Made by a program: the position numbers and the translations under genes
Part shown: piece after piece, positions 19,162 through 26,973 of the stretch
How positions within the stretch are numbered: the stretch's first letter is position 1
Layout: every line of letters begins with the position of its first letter
From: Treponema sp.
GTDB lineage: Bacteria > Spirochaetota > Spirochaetia > Treponematales > Treponemataceae
Assembly (NCBI GenBank): GCA_017476165.1
Contig: JAFVDR010000101.1
Coordinates: forward strand, 1-42,679
Direction: 5' to 3'
DNA: 42,679 nucleotides
The notes under the pieces: generated by a model
Databases searched by the model: none
What the model was told of the DNA's origin: nothing
Seen by the model: only the letters and a program-made list of their open reading frames with translations

Positions 19162-19911
19162 ATGAGTGAGGAAAAAGGTTTGACAGGAAATAAGCTGAAA
19201 TGCATTGCAATGCTTTCCATGACAGTGGATCATGTTATTTGTGTGCTGTATCCGCAGTATCCTACGGATTGGTGGATTGTCATGCTGCATGTTTTGGGCA
19301 GGGTGGCTGCTCCCCTGTTCTGGTACATGATTGCTGAAGGGTATCATTACACGCACAATGTAAAGAAGTATCTTTTAAGGCTGTTTGTTTTTTCTGTTAT
19401 AGGGCATTTTGCATATGATTTTGCCTTTGGCATTCCGTTTGTTCCGTTCAAGACAAGCTGCTTTAATCAGACAAGCATAATATGGCCGCTGTTTCTTGGT
19501 GTTTTAGGATTGACTGTTACCGATGCAAAGTCATTGTCGCAATGGAAAAAGACGGTACTGGTTTTTGTTCTTGCTGCCCTAGCATTCCCTTCCGACTGGT
19601 CGAGTCCTGCATTGCTGGTGATTCTGAGCTTTGGACGGAACCGCGGCGATTTCAAGAAACAGATGCTGATGATGCTTTTGTGGATTGCAGTGTATGCAGC
19701 TGTCTATGCCATTTTTATTAATTTTCTGTATGGAATTATTCAGATGGGGGTAATCCTTACAATTCCGCTCCTGAAACAGTACAATGGAAAGTGTGGCTCG
19801 GCCAAAGGCTTGAAATACTTTTTTTACTTGTACTATCCTGCACACCTCGTTGTCTGCGGAATCATCAGGCTTATGGTGCATGGCAACATTGGTGTCATGA
19901 TTGGCGGGTGA
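19162..19911 (+). CDS. TraX-family membrane protein
   Basis: LKCIAMLSMTVDH, GRVAAPLF...AEGYHYTHN, YNGKCG...KYFFYLYYPAHL; start MSEEK. Confidence 0.8.
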   Translation: MSEEKGLTGNKLKCIAMLSMTVDHVICVLYPQYPTDWWIVMLHVLGRVAAPLFWYMIAEGYHYTHNVKKYLLRLFVFSVIGHFAYDFAFGIPFVPFKTSCFNQTSIIWPLFLGVLGLTVTDAKSLSQWKKTVLVFVLAALAFPSDWSSPALLVILSFGRNRGDFKKQMLMMLLWIAVYAAVYAIFINFLYGIIQMGVILTIPLLKQYNGKCGSAKGLKYFFYLYYPAHLVVCGIIRLMVHGNIGVMIGG

Positions 19912-20133
19912 AGTAGAAAAAAGTCATCCTCAAATGCTAGTCTATAAAAATGGCGTTAAATAGATTGTCAGGTATGGTACTGTTTTTAGGCGTTATGATT
20001 CCCTTTGTGCAGATGTGAATCTTTGGATTCCGAACCTAAATTCTTCTAGAATCTTCACTAAACGGCACTCTTGTTGTATAATCATTGCATAAATTTGCAT
20101 TTTTCTTGTAATTTATAGTGTAAGGGTGTATAT

Positions 20134-20988
20134 ATGAACAAAATCCTAGAAAAGAGACAGCTCTCCGAGAATGTCTTTTACATGAAGTTTGAAGCTGCCG
20201 ACATTGCAAAGAATCGCAAGGCGGGACAGTTCCTTATCGTTCAGGTTGACTCTGACCTTGGCGAACGCATTCCGCTGACCATTGCGGATGCAAATGCAGA
20301 CGAAGGCTGGGTTGCCATTGCGTTCCAGCCTGTGGGTGCTTCCACGTACAAGCTTGCCCAGCTTAAGGAAGGCGACTATCTTGCCGGTGTGCTCGGTCCT
20401 TTGGGAACTCCATCGGAAATCAACAAGTATGACCGTCCTGTCGTATGCGTTGGCGGTGGATTTGGAACAGCTCCTCTGTATCCTATCGTTCAGGCTCTTA
20501 AGGCTGCCGGCAACAAGGTCATTCTTATAGAGGGCGCACGCACCAAGGACCTGCTGATTTTTGTAGACGAAATGAAGGCTGTGTGCGATGAAGTCATCAT
20601 CTGTACTGACGATGGTAGTGCCGGTGAAAAGTGTGTTACCACTGTTCCTTTGGAACGCTTGTGCCAAAGCGATGTTCCTCCTGCCGAAGTCATTGCCATT
20701 GGACCTCCTATCATGATGAAGTTCTGCGCACTCACGACAAAGAAATACAACATCAAGACAACGGTTTCCCTTAATACAATCATGATTGACGGAACGGGCA
20801 TGTGTGGCGGTTGCCGCGTGGCTGTTGGCGGTGAAACCAAGTTCGTATGTGTTGACGGCCCTGATTTTGATGCCCATCAGGTTGACTGGGACAATATGAT
20901 GCTCCGCATGAAGTCTTTTAAACCGCAGGAAACAGAGGCTTTCCACAAGTGCAAGATGCAGATGGAAGCAGAAAAGCTTGCCAAGTAA
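20134..20988 (+). CDS. nfnA: NfnA/SudB-type FAD/NAD-binding 2Fe-2S subunit
   Basis: GERIPLTIAD, VGGGFGTAP, IGPPIMMKF, MIDGTGMCGGCRV...FVCVDGPDFDAH. Confidence 0.88.
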   Translation: MNKILEKRQLSENVFYMKFEAADIAKNRKAGQFLIVQVDSDLGERIPLTIADANADEGWVAIAFQPVGASTYKLAQLKEGDYLAGVLGPLGTPSEINKYDRPVVCVGGGFGTAPLYPIVQALKAAGNKVILIEGARTKDLLIFVDEMKAVCDEVIICTDDGSAGEKCVTTVPLERLCQSDVPPAEVIAIGPPIMMKFCALTTKKYNIKTTVSLNTIMIDGTGMCGGCRVAVGGETKFVCVDGPDFDAHQVDWDNMMLRMKSFKPQETEAFHKCKMQMEAEKLAK

Positions 20989-21007
20989 CTGTAGTGAGGA
21001 GAATAGC

Positions 21008-22510
21008 ATGTCAGAACATATCAGTGCCGAAAAACTAGCAGAAACCGGAATGGCGGAGTACAAAAAGATTCAGGATAAGCTTGCTTCCGCTCCGTTGACA
21101 AATAAAGACCGGATGGCGATTCCCCAGCAGGAAATGCCGTCTGGAGAGCCTTTGGTACGTGCACGCCAGATGACGGAAGTTGCCCTTGGCTATACAAAGG
21201 AACAGGCTGTTGTAGAAGCAAACCGATGCTTGCAGTGCAAGAACAAACCGTGTGTATCGGGCTGCCCTGTAAACGTACAGATTCCAGAATTCATTGCAGA
21301 AGTGGCAAAGGGCGAATTCAAAAAGGCTGTTGACATCATCAAGCAGACAAACCTGCTGCCGGCCATTTGTGGGCGTGTCTGTCCGCAGGAAAAGCAGTGC
21401 CAGGGACAATGCACGGTGGGCAAGGTATACAAGGATGCAGAAAAATCAGTAAGCATTGGACGTTTGGAACGTTTCGTTGCAGATTACGAGCGCGAAAACA
21501 ATCTTGAAACTGTAGCAGCTGTTGCAGCTCCTACTGGCAAAAAAGTTGCCGTCATCGGTTCCGGTCCTGCAGGCCTTACGGTGGCTGCTGACTGTCGCCG
21601 TGCCGGTCACGACGTTACCGTGTTTGAAGCTTTCCAGAAGGCTGGTGGCGTCATGGTGTACGGCATTCCTGAATTCCGTCTGCCAAAGGCCATTGTTCAG
21701 AAAGAAGTTGCCAATCTTGAAAAGATGGGCGTAAAGTTTGAATACAACTATCTTGTTGGACGTACGGCTACAATTCAGCAGTTCCTTACTGAAAAGGGCT
21801 TTGACGCTGCATTCGTAGGAACTGGTGCGGGACTTCCAAAGTTCTTTGGCATTCCCGGGGAAAACTATATTGGCGTTTTCAGTGCAAACGAGTATCTTAC
21901 CCGTGCAAACCTGATGAAAGCATACCTTAAAGACAAGGCAGATACTCCGTATTATGAAGCAAAGACTGTTGTTGTTTGTGGTGGTGGCAACGTTGCCATG
22001 GATGCTTCCCGCATGGCACTTCGGTTGGGTGCAGAAAAAGTGTACATTGTGTACCGCCGCACCCAGAAGGAACTTCCTGCCCGTCGCGAGGAAGTTGCCC
22101 ATGCAATGGAAGAGGGCGTAGAGTTCAAGTTCCTTGAAAATCCTGTAGAAATTCTAGGTGACAAGGAAACGGGCAAGGTGACTGGCATTCGTGCTTTGAG
22201 CTATGAGCTTGGAGAACCTGATGCCTCTGGCCGCCGCAGGCCTGTTGCCATTCTTGGCAGCGAGCATGACATTACCTGTGATGCGGTAATCGTTGCACTC
22301 GGCAACAATTCCAATCCGCTCATTCCAAAAACAACTCCTGAAATCAAGACTGATCCTCATGGACACATCTCTGTTGACGAAACACAGGCTACCAGCATGA
22401 CGAAAGTTTGGGCTGGTGGAGACATTGTTCTTGGTGCAGCAACAGTTATTCTTGCAATGGGTGAAGGCCGCAAAGCCGCTGCTGCAATTAATGAATATCT
22501 GGCAAAGTAA
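21008..22510 (+). CDS. nfnB: NfnB/SudA-type (GltD-like) NADPH-dependent oxidoreductase subunit
   Basis: EANRCLQC..PCVSGCPV, ICGRVCPQEKQC, VIGSGPAGL, GGGNVAMD, AGGDIVLGAATVILAMGEG; start MSEHIS after GAGGA; paired with nfnA. Confidence 0.88.
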   Translation: MSEHISAEKLAETGMAEYKKIQDKLASAPLTNKDRMAIPQQEMPSGEPLVRARQMTEVALGYTKEQAVVEANRCLQCKNKPCVSGCPVNVQIPEFIAEVAKGEFKKAVDIIKQTNLLPAICGRVCPQEKQCQGQCTVGKVYKDAEKSVSIGRLERFVADYERENNLETVAAVAAPTGKKVAVIGSGPAGLTVAADCRRAGHDVTVFEAFQKAGGVMVYGIPEFRLPKAIVQKEVANLEKMGVKFEYNYLVGRTATIQQFLTEKGFDAAFVGTGAGLPKFFGIPGENYIGVFSANEYLTRANLMKAYLKDKADTPYYEAKTVVVCGGGNVAMDASRMALRLGAEKVYIVYRRTQKELPARREEVAHAMEEGVEFKFLENPVEILGDKETGKVTGIRALSYELGEPDASGRRRPVAILGSEHDITCDAVIVALGNNSNPLIPKTTPEIKTDPHGHISVDETQATSMTKVWAGGDIVLGAATVILAMGEGRKAAAAINEYLAK

Positions 22511-22531
22511 ACATAATTTATAGAAGAAAAC

Positions 22532-22572
22532 AAAGGGCTGTCTGATACGATTTCAGACAGCCCTTTCTTTTT
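22532..22572. terminator. bidirectional intrinsic terminator
   Basis: AAAGGGCTGTCTGA-TACGATT-TCAGACAGCCCTTT with T run after and A run before, between convergent genes. Confidence 0.85.
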
Positions 22573-22599
22573 GTAGGCTATAAAATTATGATTTTGAGT

Positions 22600-22938
22600 T
22601 TACATGCCACCACCTGTTATGGTTATTATACCGTTAGAAATTGTATAGCTTGGAGTGCCCCCACTTGAGTAAGTTATAGTGCCTGAACCAGATGTCGATG
22701 TTGGATTCCCTGTAAATGTGAATGAGCTTGTGTTTCCATTACTGAAAACTACATTTCCTGTATGATCAGAATAGAATGTAAACTGGGCACCGCTGGTGCT
22801 GGTGACATTGCAAAGTACTGTACGTTCTGTACTATTACTATCGTCTGATGAAGATGAAGAAGAATCGGAGCAACCAGCAAATGTACAAGCTATGATTAAT
22901 ATTGCAAGAACTGCAATAGCCTTGGAAAATTGTTTCAT
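22600..22938 (-). CDS. small Ser/Thr/Gly-rich lipoprotein
   Basis: Signal peptide with lipobox FAGC, poly-Ser linker, beta-rich domain; AAGGGGG SD. Confidence 0.8.
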   Translation of the reverse strand: MKQFSKAIAVLAILIIACTFAGCSDSSSSSSDDSNSTERTVLCNVTSTSGAQFTFYSDHTGNVVFSNGNTSSFTFTGNPTSTSGSGTITYSSGGTPSYTISNGIITITGGGM

Positions 22939-22968
22939 AGAAACCCCCTTGGATTGAAAATTGTTAGG

Positions 22969-23094
22969 CTTACTGCAAATCCGTATGGCAGGCAGCAGAC
23001 GAGGGGCTTTAGACCCGATGACTGCTGTCTGTCATACGGATTTGCAGTAAGGGGCTTAGGTCAAGCCCCTTACCAGTGTACACTGGTAAGGGGC
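22969..23094. other. nested-palindrome element, copy A
   Basis: 30-bp stem 22969-22998/23022-23051; overlapping stem GTAAGGGGCTT-AGGTC-AAGCCCCTTAC 23047-23073; perfect 30-bp palindrome GCCCCTTACCAGTGTACACTGGTAAGGGGC 23065-23094. Confidence 0.85.
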
Positions 23095-23128
23095 GGCTTT
23101 GCGGTTGATTTTTTTGTAAACTCCATGG

Positions 23129-23254
23129 AGAGATAGTCTGTCTCCTTACGGAGATACACTGTCTCCGCCACGATGTTTAAAGGTGTCTCTACCTACAGGA
23201 GACACCCTGTCTCCAAGGGGGTGGAGACAGTATGTCTCCAGATATGATATCTCC
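23129..23254. repeat. cluster of GGAGAYA-N3-TGTCTCC palindromes
   Basis: Units at 23129, 23150, 23198, 23223, 23238 and a half site at 23184-23190. Confidence 0.8.
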
Positions 23255-23324
23255 GACATGCTATGCAGGCAATTTATGCTACAGATTTGCTTTTCCACAA
23301 TTATTATGTTATACTTGAGTTACC

Positions 23325-24335
23325 ATGTTGGAATTGAGTGTAAATTCAAAATCTCCTGCTGCAATTGCGGCTGCTTTAAAAAAAATACATGAGATGGCTA
23401 TGACTGGGGCAATCGAAAAGAAAACGCCCATTCATATCACTCTGGAAGCAGGTCTGTATCGGGAAAGCATTCGGTACAATCTTTCAAATCCTCTCGTAAT
23501 AGAAGGTTCTGCCAGGGCAAAGGCTTCGGATTGTGTAATACAGGCCGATAACTGCGAAGCATTCCGCAAAGGTGTTTCAAACAGGGCTGTGTTTGCCATT
23601 GGTTCCAACGTTACAAGCATAACTGTCCGAAACCTTTCTATAATAAACATGCACAACAAGTCCGTCATGGAGGGAAACACGCTCTTTGACAGTGCGGAAG
23701 CGCTTGCGTGGGACAATACGTCCGGCATGTTGAAGGTTGAAGGCGTTCGGATTGAAGGCCGACAGAATACGTTGTTTGTAAAGGGCTATTCCATGTTCAG
23801 GAACTGCTACATAACGGGCGATATTGATTTCATTTATGGAGAACCGACATCTGCATATTTTGAAAACTGTACGGTGCATGTGCGTGAAGACAATCGAGGT
23901 GACTTTAATGGCTATGCCGTTATGTGTCGTTCGGCTGCAGAAACCAAGGGCTTCATCTTTTCGGACTGTACCTTTACGGCTGACAAGCGAAAAAAGGCAA
24001 GTCTGTATGTCTATCGTACCGCCGGCAAAGGCTCTTCTACCACGAAAAAAGACTGGGACAATGTCGCCTTTATAAACTGTACCATGAGCGAGCTGTTCAG
24101 TCAGGAGCTTGTCTGGGACGATGACATGAATCTTGTGGTGTATCCGCGCGGAAATGCTGCATCGGGCATCCGCGAATACAACACGCGAGTGGTAAAGGCA
24201 AACGGTACCGATGAGCCTGCCGATACGGAACTGCGCAATGTAAAGACATATTCCCTTACCGACGACGATTACTTTAATGGATATTCGAGCCGGTATCTTA
24301 TCTTGAAAAATACACCGTTTGAGGAAGCATTATGA
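23325..24335 (+). CDS. pectinesterase (CE8)-like beta-helix protein, probably catalytically altered
   Basis: GLYRE, EGRQNTL, CYITGDIDFIYG, GFIFSDC, VAFINC motifs; overlaps the kdgK start (ATGA). Confidence 0.75.
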   Translation: MLELSVNSKSPAAIAAALKKIHEMAMTGAIEKKTPIHITLEAGLYRESIRYNLSNPLVIEGSARAKASDCVIQADNCEAFRKGVSNRAVFAIGSNVTSITVRNLSIINMHNKSVMEGNTLFDSAEALAWDNTSGMLKVEGVRIEGRQNTLFVKGYSMFRNCYITGDIDFIYGEPTSAYFENCTVHVREDNRGDFNGYAVMCRSAAETKGFIFSDCTFTADKRKKASLYVYRTAGKGSSTTKKDWDNVAFINCTMSELFSQELVWDDDMNLVVYPRGNAASGIREYNTRVVKANGTDEPADTELRNVKTYSLTDDDYFNGYSSRYLILKNTPFEEAL

Positions 24336-25351
24336 AAGTTGTAACGTTTGGAGAATTGATGGTTCGATTGGAGCCGGCCGGCTATTACCGCTTTGTGCAG
24401 GTTGACACAATGACGTCTACCTTTGGTGGTGCAGAAGCAAATGTTGCCGTGTCGCTTGCCAACTATGGCATGGACTCTGTATATGTTACGAAGCTTCCCA
24501 AGCACGAAATAGGACAGAGTGCCGTAAACAATCTGCGCCGCTATGGGGTGCGCACAGACTATATTGTGCGTGGAGGCGACCGCATCGGCATCTATTACAA
24601 TGAACGTGGAGCAAGTCAGCGCGGCTCAAAGTGCATCTACGACCGCGCCCATTCTGCCATTGCAGATGCAGTGCCAGAAGATTTTGACTGGAAGAGCATT
24701 CTTTCGGGTGCGGCATGGTTTCACATTACGGGTGTAACACCTGCACTGGGCGGAAACCTGCCGGATATCTGTCTTGAAGCCTGCAAGACTGCCAAGGAAC
24801 TGGGCGCAACGGTAAGCTGCGACCTGAACTATCGCAGCAAACTGTGGACGAAAGCTCAGGCGCGCGAAGTCATGACGAAGATTTGCCAGTATGTGGATGT
24901 GTGCATTGCAAATGAAGAGGATGCCGAGGATGTGTTCGGCATTGAGGCAAAGGACAATGACGCGGTTGGTGGGCACCTGAACAAAGAGGGTTATTTTTCT
25001 GTGGCAAAGCAACTGGAGGAGAACATTGGCTTTAAGAAGGTTGCCATTACGCTGCGCACATCCATAAACGCCAACCAGAACAAGTGGGCGGGGCTGTTCT
25101 ATGACGGCAACGACTTTTTCTTTAGCAAGGAATATGACATGATGATTGTCGACCGACTTGGCGGTGGAGACAGCTTTAGTGCCGGTCTTATCTATTCCAT
25201 ATTGAACGGAAATGATTCGCAAACGTGCCTTGATTTTGCAGTGGCGGCTTCGTGCCTTAAGCATTCCATTGAGGGCGACTTTAACATGGTGAGTGTCGAA
25301 GAAGTCGAAAAGCTTGTAGCAGGAAATGCCACAGGGCGCATCCAGCGGTAA
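24332..25351 (+). CDS. kdgK: 2-keto-3-deoxygluconate kinase (PfkB family)
   Basis: MKVVTFGELMVRL, GGAEANVA, SCDLNYRSKLW, DRLGGGDSFSAG, CLKHSIEGD. Confidence 0.9.
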   Translation: MKVVTFGELMVRLEPAGYYRFVQVDTMTSTFGGAEANVAVSLANYGMDSVYVTKLPKHEIGQSAVNNLRRYGVRTDYIVRGGDRIGIYYNERGASQRGSKCIYDRAHSAIADAVPEDFDWKSILSGAAWFHITGVTPALGGNLPDICLEACKTAKELGATVSCDLNYRSKLWTKAQAREVMTKICQYVDVCIANEEDAEDVFGIEAKDNDAVGGHLNKEGYFSVAKQLEENIGFKKVAITLRTSINANQNKWAGLFYDGNDFFFSKEYDMMIVDRLGGGDSFSAGLIYSILNGNDSQTCLDFAVAASCLKHSIEGDFNMVSVEEVEKLVAGNATGRIQR

Positions 25352-25507
25352 GCGGGCAGCTAGCGTCCGTGCAAACGGTCGCGGGCTTTATTTTTATGAA
25401 TTTGATTACTGCCCTGAAAATAATGCCGCGGCTCTTGAAGACGGCATTACGTACATCCCCATATACATGACCTGCTGCCTGTAATGGCGCAAGCACAAAA
25501 CAAGGAA

Positions 25508-25885
25508 TTAATAATTGTTCTTGTATGCATGTCCGATGCACCAAAAATTTGCACTACCTTTTGCTGTAATCTTTACAAGCAATATCATCCCTTCGTCGTA
25601 TTCATCTATAGTGACGTCGTAATACTCTCCAACTCTATAATTCCATTCATTTAGAGCACCCCATAAAAGATCACTTTGATTCTTTGATAGTTTCTCTGCT
25701 GGCAGTGAATATCCAAAATAGGCTTTGAACATTTCTTTCTGTTGTTCTAAGTAAGTATCACGGTTATTATCATTAATATCGGATCGATATGTTGCTTCTG
25801 ACATTCCAATCCTATTTCTATATTCTGCTGATGCAAAATTAATGCCAATTAAAATTAAAATTAAAAAACTGATTTGCTTTTTCAT
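25508..25885 (-). CDS. hypothetical secreted protein
   Basis: Signal peptide MKKQISFLILILIGINFASA; AT-rich. Confidence 0.7.
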   Translation of the reverse strand: MKKQISFLILILIGINFASAEYRNRIGMSEATYRSDINDNNRDTYLEQQKEMFKAYFGYSLPAEKLSKNQSDLLWGALNEWNYRVGEYYDVTIDEYDEGMILLVKITAKGSANFWCIGHAYKNNY

Positions 25886-25998
25886 TTCTAAACTTCCGTA
25901 AACAGTCTTTAGATTATTTCAAATATGAATGTATTTTCCTTGTTGCACGATTCTGACGTATCGAAACTGGTATTTCAATAATCAAAATAATAATTTAC

Positions 25999-26346
25999 TT
26001 ACAGCATTCCATTATCCCTATAATAAATAACATCGTCTTGAGTAGCCCAATATTTCCATCTTGTCGTTCGTATGACTTCTTCAAGCGTGGCAACATTCAT
26101 ACGACTCAACATTTGATACATTTCCAAAGCGGAGTTTTTATTTGGACAGACAAAACAATAAGAGATACGTCTATCTAAATCATTTATATACGCTACATCA
26201 GAACCATCTGTAAAATTACTTGCACAAACATTGTATATGTTTTCTCCTCTCCAATCATGGATATGTGTTCGATAATTGTAAGCAGCAAATATATTCTCTG
26301 CAAACAATACCAACGCAAAGATAATACAAATTTTCTTGAATTTCAT
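25999..26346 (-). CDS. hypothetical secreted protein
   Basis: Signal peptide MKFKKICIIFALVLFAENIFA; AGGGGG SD. Confidence 0.7.
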   Translation of the reverse strand: MKFKKICIIFALVLFAENIFAAYNYRTHIHDWRGENIYNVCASNFTDGSDVAYINDLDRRISYCFVCPNKNSALEMYQMLSRMNVATLEEVIRTTRWKYWATQDDVIYYRDNGML

Positions 26347-26356
26347 TATTAGCCCC

Positions 26357-26656
26357 CTATACTGTCAGATACCCGGCATTTTCAAGACAGGTCATTAGTG
26401 TTCGTTTAGTTTGAATTCCTGCATGTGATAACGGAGAGACTGGAATTGTATTCTCGATGTGCAATTCTTCTATCCAATATTTTATATTCTGAATCCTTTG
26501 GCGGATAGAACCAACCTCTCTGGTGTGAATAGAAGCATGCTGCTTTATTTTGTCAATGCAAACATTTACATTCGTATCATTTTTGCATATGACATATTCA
26601 TATACGCAAACCTCGCAGCAGATTATGTCTTCTTCAAGTTTCCATTCCATATTCAT
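26357..26656 (-). CDS. hypothetical protein
   Basis: Start MNMEWKLEED after GGGGAGA; about 99 aa, in tandem with neighbours. Confidence 0.6.
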   Translation of the reverse strand: MNMEWKLEEDIICCEVCVYEYVICKNDTNVNVCIDKIKQHASIHTREVGSIRQRIQNIKYWIEELHIENTIPVSPLSHAGIQTKRTLMTCLENAGYLTV

Positions 26657-26666
26657 GTCTCCCCAC

Positions 26667-26777
26667 TCAGTATTCCCTGTTTGCAACTATGCCATTCGGA
26701 GTCGTACAGGAACGTGCGAACTCCGAAATTTCCTTAACTCTGACTTCTTTTGCAGCGATTATTGCTTCAAAGCTCAT
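26667..26777 (-). CDS. 36-aa small ORF (not in the ORF track)
   Basis: GGAGG SD then ATG 26777: MSFEAIIAAKEVRVKEISEFARSCTTPNGIVANREY*; stop lies next to the SD of the following gene. Confidence 0.45.
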   Translation of the reverse strand: MSFEAIIAAKEVRVKEISEFARSCTTPNGIVANREY

Positions 26778-26798
26778 AAGGCCTCCGTGCATATAATT

Positions 26799-26900
26799 CT
26801 CAGCCGAAGCCGAGCGTAGCAAGGCTTCGGCTGAGGGCTCTGTCAACCCCTCAGCCCAGTGTACACTGGGCTGAATTTTCGCTTGCGCGGAAATTCAGCC
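26799..26900. other. nested-palindrome element, copy B
   Basis: 13-bp stem 26799-26811/26823-26835; stem GGCTGAGGG/CCCTCAGCC 26829-26856; perfect 24-bp palindrome TCAGCCCAGTGTACACTGGGCTGA 26851-26874; stem GGCTGAATTT/AAATTCAGCC 26869-26900. Confidence 0.85.
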
Positions 26901-26973
26901 TGAAAATTGCTTCTGAACTGCGATTCTCATGCTGCCTTTACAGTTCCTAGCCGTTTTGCTACAATGACACAGC

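Noticed and set aside
18751-19220. ORFs 18751-19005 (+) and 18798-19220 (-), or an ncRNA in this gap
   Set aside because: No SD, no motif and no convincing stem structure; left unannotated.
19162-19911. Conjugative element implied by the TraX-like gene
   Set aside because: No other transfer, relaxase or integrase genes; TraX-like membrane proteins often stand alone.
20071-20092. Rex operator upstream of nfnAB
   Set aside because: TTGTATAATCATTGCATA matches the Rex palindrome only weakly and overlaps the probable -10.
22963-23051. Integron attC site suggested by GTTAGGC next to a long hairpin
   Set aside because: The core site lies on the wrong side of the stem for RYYYAAC...GTTRRRY geometry, and no integrase is in the window.
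23065-23094. Protelomerase/telomere-resolvase target
   Set aside because: Short and GC-rich, occurs twice with different arms, and no resolvase or prophage genes are nearby.
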